Source: Lysobacterales bacterium
Lineage (GTDB): Bacteria; Pseudomonadota; Gammaproteobacteria; Xanthomonadales; Ahniellaceae
Direction of reading: 5' to 3'
DNA: 41,950 nt
Assembly: GCA_038249585.1 (NCBI GenBank)
Contig: JBBSDI010000001.1
Span: 1-41,950 of the forward strand
A model generated the notes under the pieces. The model had not been told where the DNA came from and searched no databases. It saw nothing but the letters and a program-made list of their open reading frames with translations. The position numbers and the translations under genes were made by a program. Below, one piece after another: positions 29,777 to 38,671 of the stretch. Each line of letters begins with the position of its first letter. Positions within the stretch are counted from its first letter, which is position 1.

Positions 29777-30832
29777 CTATTCATCCTCGTCGGCGGCGGT
29801 GAGGTAGTAGTGATCCGGTTGCGGCCCATTGCCGAACCAGCGGCCGAAGATCGGGCGCGCGCTGCGTTGCACGAAACCGCAGTTTTGCCATGCGGCGAGC
29901 GAGTCCGGCGGCGCGGCCAATTGCATGGACACGCTGCGGCAGCCGGCTGCGCGCGCCGCGCTCACCAGCGCATCCACCTGCGCCCGCGCTACGCCGAGCT
30001 GCTGCGTCGCTGAACCGCAATCGTCAACGTGCAGGTCGCACTCGCTGTGGTGGCAGACGAACCACGCCTGCACTTGGCCGCTGTCTGGGTCGAGCAGCTG
30101 CAAGGTGCGCGTGGCGCCGACTGGACGCGGGTCGAAACGCCAGCCGAGGAACTGCCGATCGTGCACGCCATGCAGCACCTCGCGATCCAGCACCTCGTCA
30201 TCGATCTGATGTGCATCACCGGTGGTGGCGGTCGAATCCACCCACAGCGTGCGCCAGCGTGAATCGCTGCGGCTACGCCAGCTGTCGCGCAGGCGCACAC
30301 CCAGATCGACCACCGGCCCGGCCAGCGCTGCGAGCAGCCGCGGCATGCGCAGCGCCAGGTACTCACGATGCCGCAGCACGCGCGCATGCCGCACCAGCTC
30401 GCCGAGCGACGCGTAGCCGACGCGCTTGAACACCGGCACGGCCTTGCGATTGGGAAAGCCGTAGATCAAATCGAAGCGGATTGAAGCGGCGTCCAGCAGA
30501 GCCTGCTGCAGCTGCAGTGCGGGACCCAGAGTGCGGTGTGCGGGCAGCACGGCCAGATCGACCAGCACGCCAGCGCGGATCTCGCGCGCGCCGATCCGCA
30601 TTCGGCGCGGTGCGGCTGTAGCCACGCCGACCGCCTCGCCGCTGGCCAGGTGATGCAGGATCATGGTCAGCGGCGCACCGAGCGGACTGTCGCGATACAC
30701 CCAGTCGAACTTGGCCTGCATCCGCGCCGGCTCACCGAGATTGTCGTGCCAGATCCCGAGCACGGTCTGGCGATCGCGGGCGGGGTCGGCCGCTGCGGTT
30801 GCGTAGACGGGCGCGGGCGCTGCTGCGTTCAA
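29777..30832 (-). CDS. GNAT-superfamily / FemAB-like acyl(aminoacyl)transferase
   Basis: About 351 aa. VLVDLAVLPAHRTLGPALQLQQALLDAA and GFPNRKAVPVFKRVGY resemble the GNAT acyl-CoA-binding core. The second half, ending WQNCGFV, suggests a duplicated GNAT fold as in FemAB/CelD-type proteins. The TTG start overlaps the upstream stop (TTGA), so the start is uncertain. Confidence 0.65.
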   Translation of the reverse strand: MNAAAPAPVYATAAADPARDRQTVLGIWHDNLGEPARMQAKFDWVYRDSPLGAPLTMILHHLASGEAVGVATAAPRRMRIGAREIRAGVLVDLAVLPAHRTLGPALQLQQALLDAASIRFDLIYGFPNRKAVPVFKRVGYASLGELVRHARVLRHREYLALRMPRLLAALAGPVVDLGVRLRDSWRSRSDSRWRTLWVDSTATTGDAHQIDDEVLDREVLHGVHDRQFLGWRFDPRPVGATRTLQLLDPDSGQVQAWFVCHHSECDLHVDDCGSATQQLGVARAQVDALVSAARAAGCRSVSMQLAAPPDSLAAWQNCGFVQRSARPIFGRWFGNGPQPDHYYLTAADEDE

Positions 30833-31815
30833 TGGCCCAGATCCAGCTCCGGCACGTCGCCAACCAGCACCGGCGACAGGTGCAGGTAGCGCGTGGTGCG
30901 GCGCTTGGCGTGGATATCGGCATACACCGCTTCGGCTTCGGCGTGGGTGATGCCGAGCACGTGGGCGACTTCAAGTGCGGGCGCCCCGTGGTTGAGCGCC
31001 CACAAGGCCAGATCCATCGCGCGATACGGCAGCGCGAAATAGAACTCGTCCTGGCCCTGCGCGAGGCTGTAGGTGTCGGTGGTCGGCACCGCCACGCAGA
31101 CCCGTTCCGGCAGATCGAGATGGCGGGCCATGCCGTAGACTTGACTCTTGTACAGATGGGCGATCGGCTTGACGTCGGCGGCACCATCGCCGTTCTTGAC
31201 GAAAAACCCCTGGTCGTACTCAACGCGGTTCGGCGTGCCGGTGACCGCATAGTTCAGGCGATCGGCGTGGAAGTACTCCAGCGACTTGCGCAGGCGCTGC
31301 TTGAAGTTGGTGGCAGCGACAATGGTCAGGTATTCGTTGAGCGGCAGTGCCACATCGTGGTCGGCGCCATCGGGCGCCTTCGCCACCAGACGAAAGTAGT
31401 TGATCCGGCCTTCCTTGCCGCCAGCGATCACGATCTTGAAGCGCCAACCCGGCCCATACTCAGACAGCACGCGGCGCACGGCGGCATCGCGCTGCTCATA
31501 GCAGCCGATGGCGGCGAGCGCGGGCTGCATATCGTGGGTCTGTGTGCGTACGCCCAGGTGGTCGGCCAGGATCGTTGCGCGCGCGGCACTGTCGTCGCTG
31601 GAATCGCGCTCGGGCAGGATCAGCGCGAACACCTTGTCCGCGCCCAGCGCGCGCACCGCCAGCCCGAGGCAGGTCGAGCTGTCGATGCCGCCGGAGATCG
31701 CCACCACCAGGCCACGCCGATGCAGGGTGCGCGAGACGATCTCGCGTAGACGCTGCGCGATGCGGGTGGCTTCCTGCTCGTAATCGATGTCCAGTACGTT
31801 CCAATCCAGTTGCAT
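30829..31815 (-). CDS. NAD(+) synthetase (NadE) family PP-loop ATP-pyrophosphatase paralogue
   Basis: LVVAISGGIDSSTCLGLAV (the SGGxDS PP-loop) and GDGAADVKPIAHLYKSQVYGMARHLDLPERV (the NadE C-terminal signature). The ATG overlaps the ligase stop by 1 nt (TGATG). Confidence 0.85.
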   Translation of the reverse strand: MQLDWNVLDIDYEQEATRIAQRLREIVSRTLHRRGLVVAISGGIDSSTCLGLAVRALGADKVFALILPERDSSDDSAARATILADHLGVRTQTHDMQPALAAIGCYEQRDAAVRRVLSEYGPGWRFKIVIAGGKEGRINYFRLVAKAPDGADHDVALPLNEYLTIVAATNFKQRLRKSLEYFHADRLNYAVTGTPNRVEYDQGFFVKNGDGAADVKPIAHLYKSQVYGMARHLDLPERVCVAVPTTDTYSLAQGQDEFYFALPYRAMDLALWALNHGAPALEVAHVLGITHAEAEAVYADIHAKRRTTRYLHLSPVLVGDVPELDLGH

Positions 31816-33332
31816 CAGTTTGCCCCTGTCGATGCCGCCTGCGCGGCGACTTCCGCCCGTTTGATCTTGCCCGAGGCGGTTTTTGGCAGCGCCTCGACGA
31901 ACACCACCTGTTTCGGGATCTTGTATGCGGCAAGGCGCGCGCGGCAGTGCGCGCGGACCGTGTTCTCATCGAGGTTGCCGCGGCGCACGATGCAGGCGCG
32001 GATCACCTGGCCCAGCACCGCATCGTCGATGCCGACCACCGCGACTTCGACCACGCCGCCGAGTTCTGCGATCGCCTCTTCGACATCGATCGGATGCACG
32101 CGATGCGCCCCGGTCTTGATCATGTCGCTACGCCGCCCGACCAACCACAGCACGCCGTCGGCATCCATGCGTCCCAGATCGCCGGTCTTGAGCCAGCCGT
32201 CGTGGAGCACGGCGGCAGTGGCCTCTTGATTGCGCCAGTAGCCGCGCATCACGTTCGCGCCCTGTGCCCAGACTTCACCGACTTCATCGGTGGCGGCGGC
32301 CGATCCGTCCTCGCGGCGGATCGTTATGCGCACGCCGACGATCGGCCGGCCGACCGAGCCCAGCTTGGCCTCGAGCTGTTCCGGCGGCAGCCAGGTCAGG
32401 CGCGCGGTGGCCTCGGTCTGTCCATACATCACGAACAGGCGCGCATGCGGCAATGCCAGGCGCAGGCGCGCGGTAGTGGCCGCAGGCATCGCACCACCGG
32501 CTTGGGTCAGATAGCGCAGTGCGCTCAGGTCGTGGGCGGCCAGCGAGACCCGGTCGAGCAGCAACGCATAGGTCGATGGCACGCCGGAGAAGCCAGTCGC
32601 ACGCTCGCGCGCGAGGCGCTCGACGAGCACCTGCGGGAACACCACGTTGGCCTCCAGGCACACTCGCGCGCCGACTGCGAGGTGCGTGTGCAGCACCGAC
32701 GCGCCATAGGAGTAGTAGAACGGCAGCACACTGACGATGCTGTCGGCGTCGCTCAGCTGCAGGTAGTCGAGGATCGATGCCACGTTGGCTGCAAGGTTGG
32801 CGTGGCTGAGCATCACGCCCTTGGGGCTGCCGGTGGTGCCTGAGGTGTACAGGATCAGGGCCAGGTCGGTCGCATGCGCGGCACTGGCAGGTGCGACTGC
32901 CGCGCAGGCGTCGACGACCGCTGCCCAGCTGTGGGCATGCGCGCTGTCCGCGCCGGCGGCGATGGTGAGCGGCGGGAATTCCAGCGCGGCCAGCGCTTCA
33001 TCGACGTCGGCGCTCGCGGTTTGATGCACCAGCAGCCGCGGTTCGGCATGGCGCAACCAGACCGTGTGGTCGCGTGCGCGCGCCTGCACGTTCAGCGGAA
33101 CTACGGCCGCGCCGGCAATCCAGCTGCCGTAACAGGCGACGACAGCTTCGATCGAATTGGGCAGCAGCAGCGCGACGCGATCGCCGCTGCCAATGCCGCG
33201 TTGCGCAAGTGCGCCCGCAAATCGCAGAACCGCCGCCCACAGCGCGTTGTAGCTTATCGAGCGCGTCGACTCCGCGATCGCGACACGCTGCGATTGCGCG
33301 TGGGCGGCGAGCCGTGCAGGTAGCAGCGACAT
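31815..33332 (-). CDS. AMP-dependent synthetase/ligase (acyl-CoA/acyl-ACP ligase, exosortase-A-system-associated type)
   Basis: LILYTSGTTGSPKGVMLSH (AMP-binding motif), YGQTEA, GWLKTGDLG, and a C-terminal LPKTASGKIKR. Confidence 0.9.
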   Translation of the reverse strand: MSLLPARLAAHAQSQRVAIAESTRSISYNALWAAVLRFAGALAQRGIGSGDRVALLLPNSIEAVVACYGSWIAGAAVVPLNVQARARDHTVWLRHAEPRLLVHQTASADVDEALAALEFPPLTIAAGADSAHAHSWAAVVDACAAVAPASAAHATDLALILYTSGTTGSPKGVMLSHANLAANVASILDYLQLSDADSIVSVLPFYYSYGASVLHTHLAVGARVCLEANVVFPQVLVERLARERATGFSGVPSTYALLLDRVSLAAHDLSALRYLTQAGGAMPAATTARLRLALPHARLFVMYGQTEATARLTWLPPEQLEAKLGSVGRPIVGVRITIRREDGSAAATDEVGEVWAQGANVMRGYWRNQEATAAVLHDGWLKTGDLGRMDADGVLWLVGRRSDMIKTGAHRVHPIDVEEAIAELGGVVEVAVVGIDDAVLGQVIRACIVRRGNLDENTVRAHCRARLAAYKIPKQVVFVEALPKTASGKIKRAEVAAQAASTGAN

Positions 33333-33348
33333 CGCCGGTCGCCGCGTT

Positions 33349-33603
33349 TCAGCTTGCGGTCTTGCGCGCGAGATAGGCGCAGATCGCGTCGACCGAATCG
33401 AAGTTCTGCGGCACCATGTCCTCTGGCGGGACGCGGATCGACAGCGCCTCCTCCAAGTGCGTGATCAGCTCCAGCACGCCGGTCGAGTCGACCACGCCGG
33501 TAGTGATCAGCGAGCCGCTGTCGGTCATCGCGGACTGATCATCGGTGAACAGGAAATTACCGAGGATGAAATTCCGCACCAGCGGGCGATGCGCGATGGC
33601 CAT
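33349..33603 (-). CDS. acyl carrier protein
   Basis: 84 aa. GVVDSTGVLELITHLEE contains the DS(x)GxLE phosphopantetheine-attachment motif. Ends 17 nt upstream of the ligase start. Confidence 0.85.
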   Translation of the reverse strand: MAIAHRPLVRNFILGNFLFTDDQSAMTDSGSLITTGVVDSTGVLELITHLEEALSIRVPPEDMVPQNFDSVDAICAYLARKTAS

Positions 33604-33740
33604 GCGATTGGGATCCACTGGAAAGGCGGCGATTATGCCGCAAGCGTGAGAACTGCGTGATGTCGGATGCGAAGGTTGACGGTTCACGACGGCGATCCTT
33701 GGCGCTATCGTGCGCCGCAGATCGATGGAGGATGTCGCCG

Positions 33741-34931
33741 ATGTGGGCCCGAAGCACCCAGCTGCTCGTTGTGATTGTTCTTCTGATGTCGCTGGCGGCC
33801 TGCCAGCGCCATGCACCGCAACCGCCGAGTGCGCCGCAGCCGGCCGCTGGTAGTAGCAGCGCCGAGTACGCCAGCGAACGCGGTCGCGTGCGGGTCACCG
33901 AACTGGTTACGGGCCTCGCCCATCCGTGGGGCCTCGCGTTCTTGCCCGACGGTTCGATGCTGGTCACCGAGCGCCCCGGATTCCTGCGCCGCATCGGTGC
34001 CGATGGCGCGGTGTCGGCGCCATTGGCGGGGGTGCCGCAGCCTTATGTCGACGGCCAAGCCGGGCTGCTCGACGTGGCAGTCTCGCCCGACTTTGCCAGC
34101 GACGGACTGGTCTATCTCGCGTTCGCCGAGCCGAGCCTGCGCGGCAATCTGTGCGGTACGGCGGTAGCGCGCGGCGTGCTCGCTGACGGCGCACTCACCG
34201 GAGTCGAGGTGATCTATCGGCAGGAACCCAAGCTGTCGGCTGGCACGCACGTGGGCGCGCGGCTGGTGTTCGATCGTGGCGGCCACCTGTTCGTGACCCA
34301 CGGCGACAACCGTCAGGCGCTGCTGGCGCAGGAGCTGGACAAGCTGCAGGGCAAGCTGGTGCGGATATTTCCCGATGGCAAGGTTCCGCCGGACAATCCC
34401 TTCGTGGGACGCGACGACGCGCGAGCGGAGGTGTGGTCCTACGGCCATCGCAACATGCAGGGCGCGGCGCTGCATCCGGACACCGGCGCCCTGTGGACCA
34501 CCGAACACGGCCCGATGGGCGGCGATGAGCTCAACTTGCCGCAGGCGGGACGCAACTACGGCTGGCCGCTGATCACCCACGGCATCGAATACTCCGGCCA
34601 GCCGGTGTCCGGCTCGCTCGGCAAGGCGGCGCCCGACATGGAGCCGCCGCACCACGTGTGGGTGCCTTCGCCGGGGCTCAGTGGCATGGCGTTCTATACC
34701 GACGCGCGGATGCCGGCATGGCGCGGCAATCTGTTCCTCGGCGCGTTGGCGGCAACGTCGCTGATCCGGCTGGAGCTCGATGGCGACCGCATCGTGCACG
34801 AGGAACGACTGCTCGGCGCGCGCGGCGAACGCATCCGCGATGTGCGACAGGGTCCGGACGGCACGCTGTACGTGCTCACCGATGCGGTGTCGGGCAAGCT
34901 GCTGCGGATCGAGCTGCTCGCCGATTCCTGA
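33741..34931 (+). CDS. PQQ-dependent sugar dehydrogenase (soluble aldose/sorbosone dehydrogenase family) lipoprotein
   Basis: Lipobox LMSLAAC. GLAHPWGLAFLPDGSMLVTER and WSYGHRNMQGAALHPDTGALWTTEHGPMGGDELNLPQAGRNYGWP are signature beta-propeller GSDH blocks. GGAGGA lies 9 nt upstream of ATG 33741. Confidence 0.9.
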   Translation: MWARSTQLLVVIVLLMSLAACQRHAPQPPSAPQPAAGSSSAEYASERGRVRVTELVTGLAHPWGLAFLPDGSMLVTERPGFLRRIGADGAVSAPLAGVPQPYVDGQAGLLDVAVSPDFASDGLVYLAFAEPSLRGNLCGTAVARGVLADGALTGVEVIYRQEPKLSAGTHVGARLVFDRGGHLFVTHGDNRQALLAQELDKLQGKLVRIFPDGKVPPDNPFVGRDDARAEVWSYGHRNMQGAALHPDTGALWTTEHGPMGGDELNLPQAGRNYGWPLITHGIEYSGQPVSGSLGKAAPDMEPPHHVWVPSPGLSGMAFYTDARMPAWRGNLFLGALAATSLIRLELDGDRIVHEERLLGARGERIRDVRQGPDGTLYVLTDAVSGKLLRIELLADS

Positions 34932-34945
34932 GCGACGGTTGCGCT

Positions 34946-36256
34946 TCACTGGCTGCGCCAGATGATCGCGGCGTAGATGCGGTTTTCGTCGAAGCCACCC
35001 GTCGGATCGCTGCTGTCGCGCTGCGCGTGGGTGGCCTCGAGACTGAAGTCCAGATCGCGCCGCAGACGCGTACGCAGCCGCAGTCCGAACTCGTCCTCGC
35101 GACTGTCGAAATCCGTATCCACGAAACGCAGCCAGTCGGCGATTGCAAATGCGCCCAATGAGGTGCGCGGCGACAGCGCGTAGTCGACGGTCAGGCTGAC
35201 ACCGCGGTTGCGCTGCTCGAGCGTCGAAGCATTCTGGTAGTCCTGGCCGGAGTAGTACGCGCCGGCACGCAGGGTGAACAACTCACCAAGGCGGCTATAG
35301 CCGATGTCGATGCGGTCGAGCTCGTAGACCTCGGAGTTGAGGGTGGCCGCGCCACCGACGCCAGCGACGCTGTCGGGCAGCAGCAGGGCATCGACGTTGG
35401 GCGCACTGCCGGCCAGATCGGTGGCGCTGTCTGACAGCTCGTGGCGCAGGCCAAGATCAAGACGGGAGATATCGCTCAGCGCGAACGTGCCCGAGGCGCG
35501 CGCGAGCAATCCGTTACGGTTGTCCAGTCCGCTGTCGAGATCGACCCAGTTCCAGCCCAGCTCGGCGCGCAGTGTGGTGCGCGACGAACGCCAGTCGTAG
35601 CCGCCAAATAGCCCCAGGCGCTCGAAGTCGCTCGCCGTGGCGGTGGGGTTGTCCAGCTGCACGGATTCCAGCGAGGCATTGCCGGACAGCGTCGCGACCG
35701 GACTTACGGTGCGCAACAGGCGTGAAGTCAGGATCAGGCGATCGCTGTTGAATGCGTCGGTGGATTGGGCATAGCTGTTGACGTAGCGCAACTCAGTGCG
35801 CCCGGCCATCGCCGCGGAGAAGCGGTACAGCAGGGTCGGGCCGGTGGAGAACACGTTGCTGTTCTGCACGTTGTCGGGCGCGGCGCTGGCGAAGATATCG
35901 ATCGGCTGCTGGGCGGCCGAATCGGTCACCGTCCACAGCAGGCGCTCGGGACGGATCGACCATACCGCCTCGGCAGCAAGGCGGATATTGAAGTTGGGGT
36001 CGAAGTCGACGCCGGAGTAGCGGCTGTAGCTGAGCGAGCCGGTGAAGTTTGCGCGCAGGGTCTCACCATCTTCGCTGGCCGAGATGTCGGCGAACGGCGA
36101 CAGCCGGCTGCCCGACTGCGGATCGACCACGCGACGGCCGAGGTTGTCGCTGTACTCCAAGCCCAGACCCAGCGCCCAGTCGATATCCCACGCGTGGGCG
36201 GGCGCGGCGAACGCCGCCGCTGCCGCTGCAAGGACCCGCAACACCGGTGACTTCAT
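34946..36256 (-). CDS. predicted outer-membrane beta-barrel protein of PEP-CTERM-type EPS loci
   Basis: Signal peptide MKSPVLRVLAAAAAAFAAPAHA|W. The composition is Ser/Gly/Tyr/Asp/Leu-rich with alternating hydrophobicity throughout (LGLGLEYSDNLGR, LYRFSAAMAGRTELRYVNSY). Sits directly downstream of the EpsG-like gene. ATG 36256 is preceded by GGGGAGAA. Confidence 0.7.
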   Translation of the reverse strand: MKSPVLRVLAAAAAAFAAPAHAWDIDWALGLGLEYSDNLGRRVVDPQSGSRLSPFADISASEDGETLRANFTGSLSYSRYSGVDFDPNFNIRLAAEAVWSIRPERLLWTVTDSAAQQPIDIFASAAPDNVQNSNVFSTGPTLLYRFSAAMAGRTELRYVNSYAQSTDAFNSDRLILTSRLLRTVSPVATLSGNASLESVQLDNPTATASDFERLGLFGGYDWRSSRTTLRAELGWNWVDLDSGLDNRNGLLARASGTFALSDISRLDLGLRHELSDSATDLAGSAPNVDALLLPDSVAGVGGAATLNSEVYELDRIDIGYSRLGELFTLRAGAYYSGQDYQNASTLEQRNRGVSLTVDYALSPRTSLGAFAIADWLRFVDTDFDSREDEFGLRLRTRLRRDLDFSLEATHAQRDSSDPTGGFDENRIYAAIIWRSQ

Positions 36257-36319
36257 CGCGTCGTTCTCCCCTGCAAACACCTACCAATCAAGGCATCCCT
36301 CGATTCAGCGACGTTCCGA

Positions 36320-37120
36320 TCACGGAACGCCGTTGAAAACCACGCCTGCCAATCGCGCCGGATCGAGCACCGCCACCGAATCCTTGATCTGCGGCAGCGT
36401 ATCGACGCCGTGACCGGCCACCACCACCGCGATGTCGGCAAGATCACTCAAGATGCGCGCGTCGGGTGAACTGCCGATGGGCGGTGCGTCGAGGATCAAA
36501 TAGCGATCCGGATAGCGTGCCCGCAGATTGCTGATCAGTCCCATCATGCGATAGGACGTGAAGTACTCGCCGCTGCCTTCGCGGCGCTCGCCGGCCGGGA
36601 TCAGGCGCAGGCGCCGCACGCCAGTCGGGTAGATCACCTTGTCCAGTCCGATCGCGGGATTGTCGAGGAAATCGGTCAGCCCGCCGTTCAACATGCGTAC
36701 ACCGAGGCGCTCATGCAGGGACGGCGTGCGCAGGTTGCAGTCGACCAGCAGGGCGGTCTTGCTCTCGTCGAAGGCGAATGCGGCTGCCAGGTTGGCGGCG
36801 ACGAAGCTGGCACCGCTGCCGGCGCTGACCGGTGCGACAAGGGTCACGAAGTTGCGTCCGCGCCCGTGCGCGAGCAGCTGCGTGCGCAGGTCGCGGAACA
36901 CATCGGCATGGCGTCGATCGGCCATGTCGTGGCGGATCAGTCCACGCGCATCGAGATCGCGCGCCGGCTTCGGCGCGGGCTCGTCCATGCGCAGGATCAT
37001 CTCGCGCGAGGCCTGTTGCGACTGCAGCGCGTGCGCGTTGTCGCCCGGCGGCCCGGTCAGGGCGCCTGCAGTACCGGCGTCGATGCGCTGCGGAGTTGGG
37101 AATTCGCGCGGCATACTCAT
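36320..37120 (-). CDS. EpsG / BY-kinase-like P-loop (MinD/ParA fold) protein with a degenerate Walker A
   Basis: Overall BY-kinase layout: FVTLVAPVSAGSGASFVAANLAAAFA (Walker A position), ALLVDCNLRTPSLH (Walker A-prime position) and YLILDAPPIG (Walker B). ATGA overlap with the EpsF-like gene at 37117-37120. Confidence 0.8.
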   Translation of the reverse strand: MSMPREFPTPQRIDAGTAGALTGPPGDNAHALQSQQASREMILRMDEPAPKPARDLDARGLIRHDMADRRHADVFRDLRTQLLAHGRGRNFVTLVAPVSAGSGASFVAANLAAAFAFDESKTALLVDCNLRTPSLHERLGVRMLNGGLTDFLDNPAIGLDKVIYPTGVRRLRLIPAGERREGSGEYFTSYRMMGLISNLRARYPDRYLILDAPPIGSSPDARILSDLADIAVVVAGHGVDTLPQIKDSVAVLDPARLAGVVFNGVP

Positions 37121-38664
37121 AACGTCCTGCTGAAACGGAGCCAACCAACCACGGCGTAGGCAGACAAGGTACCGACCACGATAAGCACGGTGAAGGCACT
37201 GCGCCAACGCTCGCGCCGCAGCTGTCGCGCATCCAGATGGCGCGGCACGCTGACCAGCAGCGGCACGCCCAGACCATGGCTGAGGTCGGTGGCCGAGCGC
37301 ACGCGCGGATCGAATTTGCTGCTGGCAAACAGCAGGCCGGCCGGCACCGCCAGCCCAAGCCCCAACCCCGCGAGCACGAAGTGCATGAAGCGCAGGCCGG
37401 AGGGAATCTGCGGCAACACCGCAGGCTCCTGGATACGCAGGCTCAGGCCGCGACCTTCGGAATCCAGGCTCATCGAAACCCGCGCGTTTTCGCGGCGGCG
37501 CAGCAGGTCCTGGTACAGATCGCGGTTGACTTCATAGTCGCGGGTGAGCTCTGCAAGTGCAGCTTCGGAATCGGCCACGCGGCGCCCACGCTCGAGCTCG
37601 GCCTCCAGCAGCGCGGTGTTCTCGTCGACCCGTGCACCCAGGGCCGAGGCGCTGGTGCGCACGCCGGACAGTTCGCTGCGCAGCTGCTGGTACAGCGGAT
37701 TGAGGGTCATCGCGTCGCTGCCTGCCGAACTGCCGCGGGCCGATTCGCGGCGCACGCCTTCGGCCGCGATCTCGCTCTGCAGGTCTTCCAGCTGGTGGCG
37801 CACGCGCACCACATCGGGATAGTCGTCGGTGTACGACAGCAACAAGGCATCGAGTTCGGACTGCAGCTCGGCTGCACGCTGGCGGTATTGGCTTTCGCGG
37901 TTCTGGCTGGCGCTGAGCGCGGCTTCGCCGGTGAGCTGGTTGTTGAGCTCGCGCTCGCGCATCTGCAACTCGGACAGCTCGGTTTGCGCCTGCTCGATCC
38001 GCTGGCGCAACTCGCCGATGCGCGTATTGACGTCGGTCGCGGTGCCGGGGCGGGCGTCCTGGTTGTCGGAGCGGAACTCCTTGAGACGGTCCTCGGCGGT
38101 GGTGAGCTTGAGGTGGTATTCCTCGACCCGCGCGGCGATGAACTCGTACGCCTCGCGACTTTCGCGCTCTTTCGCCGCGAGGCTCTCGGCGATGAACATG
38201 TCGGCCAGCATGCGGGTGACGCGAAAGGTTCGATCCGGATCGGAGTCGCGATACGAGATCTCGATCAGGTTCTCGCCCCCGCCACGGACCTGGATCGAAC
38301 TCTTTAGATCCTCCGCCAGTCGCTCCTGCTCGGCCGGTCCCGGCTTGGCGGCGAGCCAGCCGCCCTCTTCGAGCACCGCGGCCAGGATGCGCCGGCTGTG
38401 GATGACCTCGCGGGCGATGCGCGAATGATCGACCACGCCGGTGGCGACCGCGCGCCCCTCCATCAGGGGCTGGATGATGTTGTCTTCCTGCACCAGGACG
38501 GTAGTGTGCGAGACATAGGTCTTGGGCCAGACCGCACCCAGTCCCAGTGCAATCAGCGCAAACACGGCAAACAACGCAGCCATCGGCATGCGCAGACGGC
38601 GCGCCTCACCGGCCACCACCGGCAGCTGCTGCAGGACATCCAGTGCAACTGATTTCTGTTCCAC
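37117..38664 (-). CDS. polysaccharide chain-length determinant (Wzz/PCP, EpsF-like)
   Basis: N-terminal TM (MAALFAVFALIALGLGAVW). Long coiled-coil region (ELRQRIEQAQTELSELQMRERELNNQL). The LYQDLLRRRENARV motif. C-terminal TM (FMHFVLAGLGLGLAVPAGLLFA). GTG 38664 is preceded by GAGG at a 5-nt spacing and is preferred. ATG 38703 is an alternative but overlaps the upstream gene by 32 nt. Confidence 0.85.
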   Translation of the reverse strand: MEQKSVALDVLQQLPVVAGEARRLRMPMAALFAVFALIALGLGAVWPKTYVSHTTVLVQEDNIIQPLMEGRAVATGVVDHSRIAREVIHSRRILAAVLEEGGWLAAKPGPAEQERLAEDLKSSIQVRGGGENLIEISYRDSDPDRTFRVTRMLADMFIAESLAAKERESREAYEFIAARVEEYHLKLTTAEDRLKEFRSDNQDARPGTATDVNTRIGELRQRIEQAQTELSELQMRERELNNQLTGEAALSASQNRESQYRQRAAELQSELDALLLSYTDDYPDVVRVRHQLEDLQSEIAAEGVRRESARGSSAGSDAMTLNPLYQQLRSELSGVRTSASALGARVDENTALLEAELERGRRVADSEAALAELTRDYEVNRDLYQDLLRRRENARVSMSLDSEGRGLSLRIQEPAVLPQIPSGLRFMHFVLAGLGLGLAVPAGLLFASSKFDPRVRSATDLSHGLGVPLLVSVPRHLDARQLRRERWRSAFTVLIVVGTLSAYAVVGWLRFSRTL

Positions 38665-38671
38665 GCGCGCC

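Noticed and set aside
33657-33740. Upstream ATGs (33657, 33732) for the PQQ-dependent dehydrogenase.
   Set aside because: GGAGGA at 33727-33732 is correctly spaced only for ATG 33741. That start also yields a clean lipoprotein signal (…LLMSLAAC). The longer versions add a non-hydrophobic, Arg-rich extension.
33741-34931. PQQ-dependent sugar dehydrogenase as a functional member of the EPS pathway.
   Set aside because: It is a monocistronic gene oriented against both flanking operons, and it belongs to a widespread housekeeping periplasmic family. Adjacency alone does not support a role in EPS synthesis.
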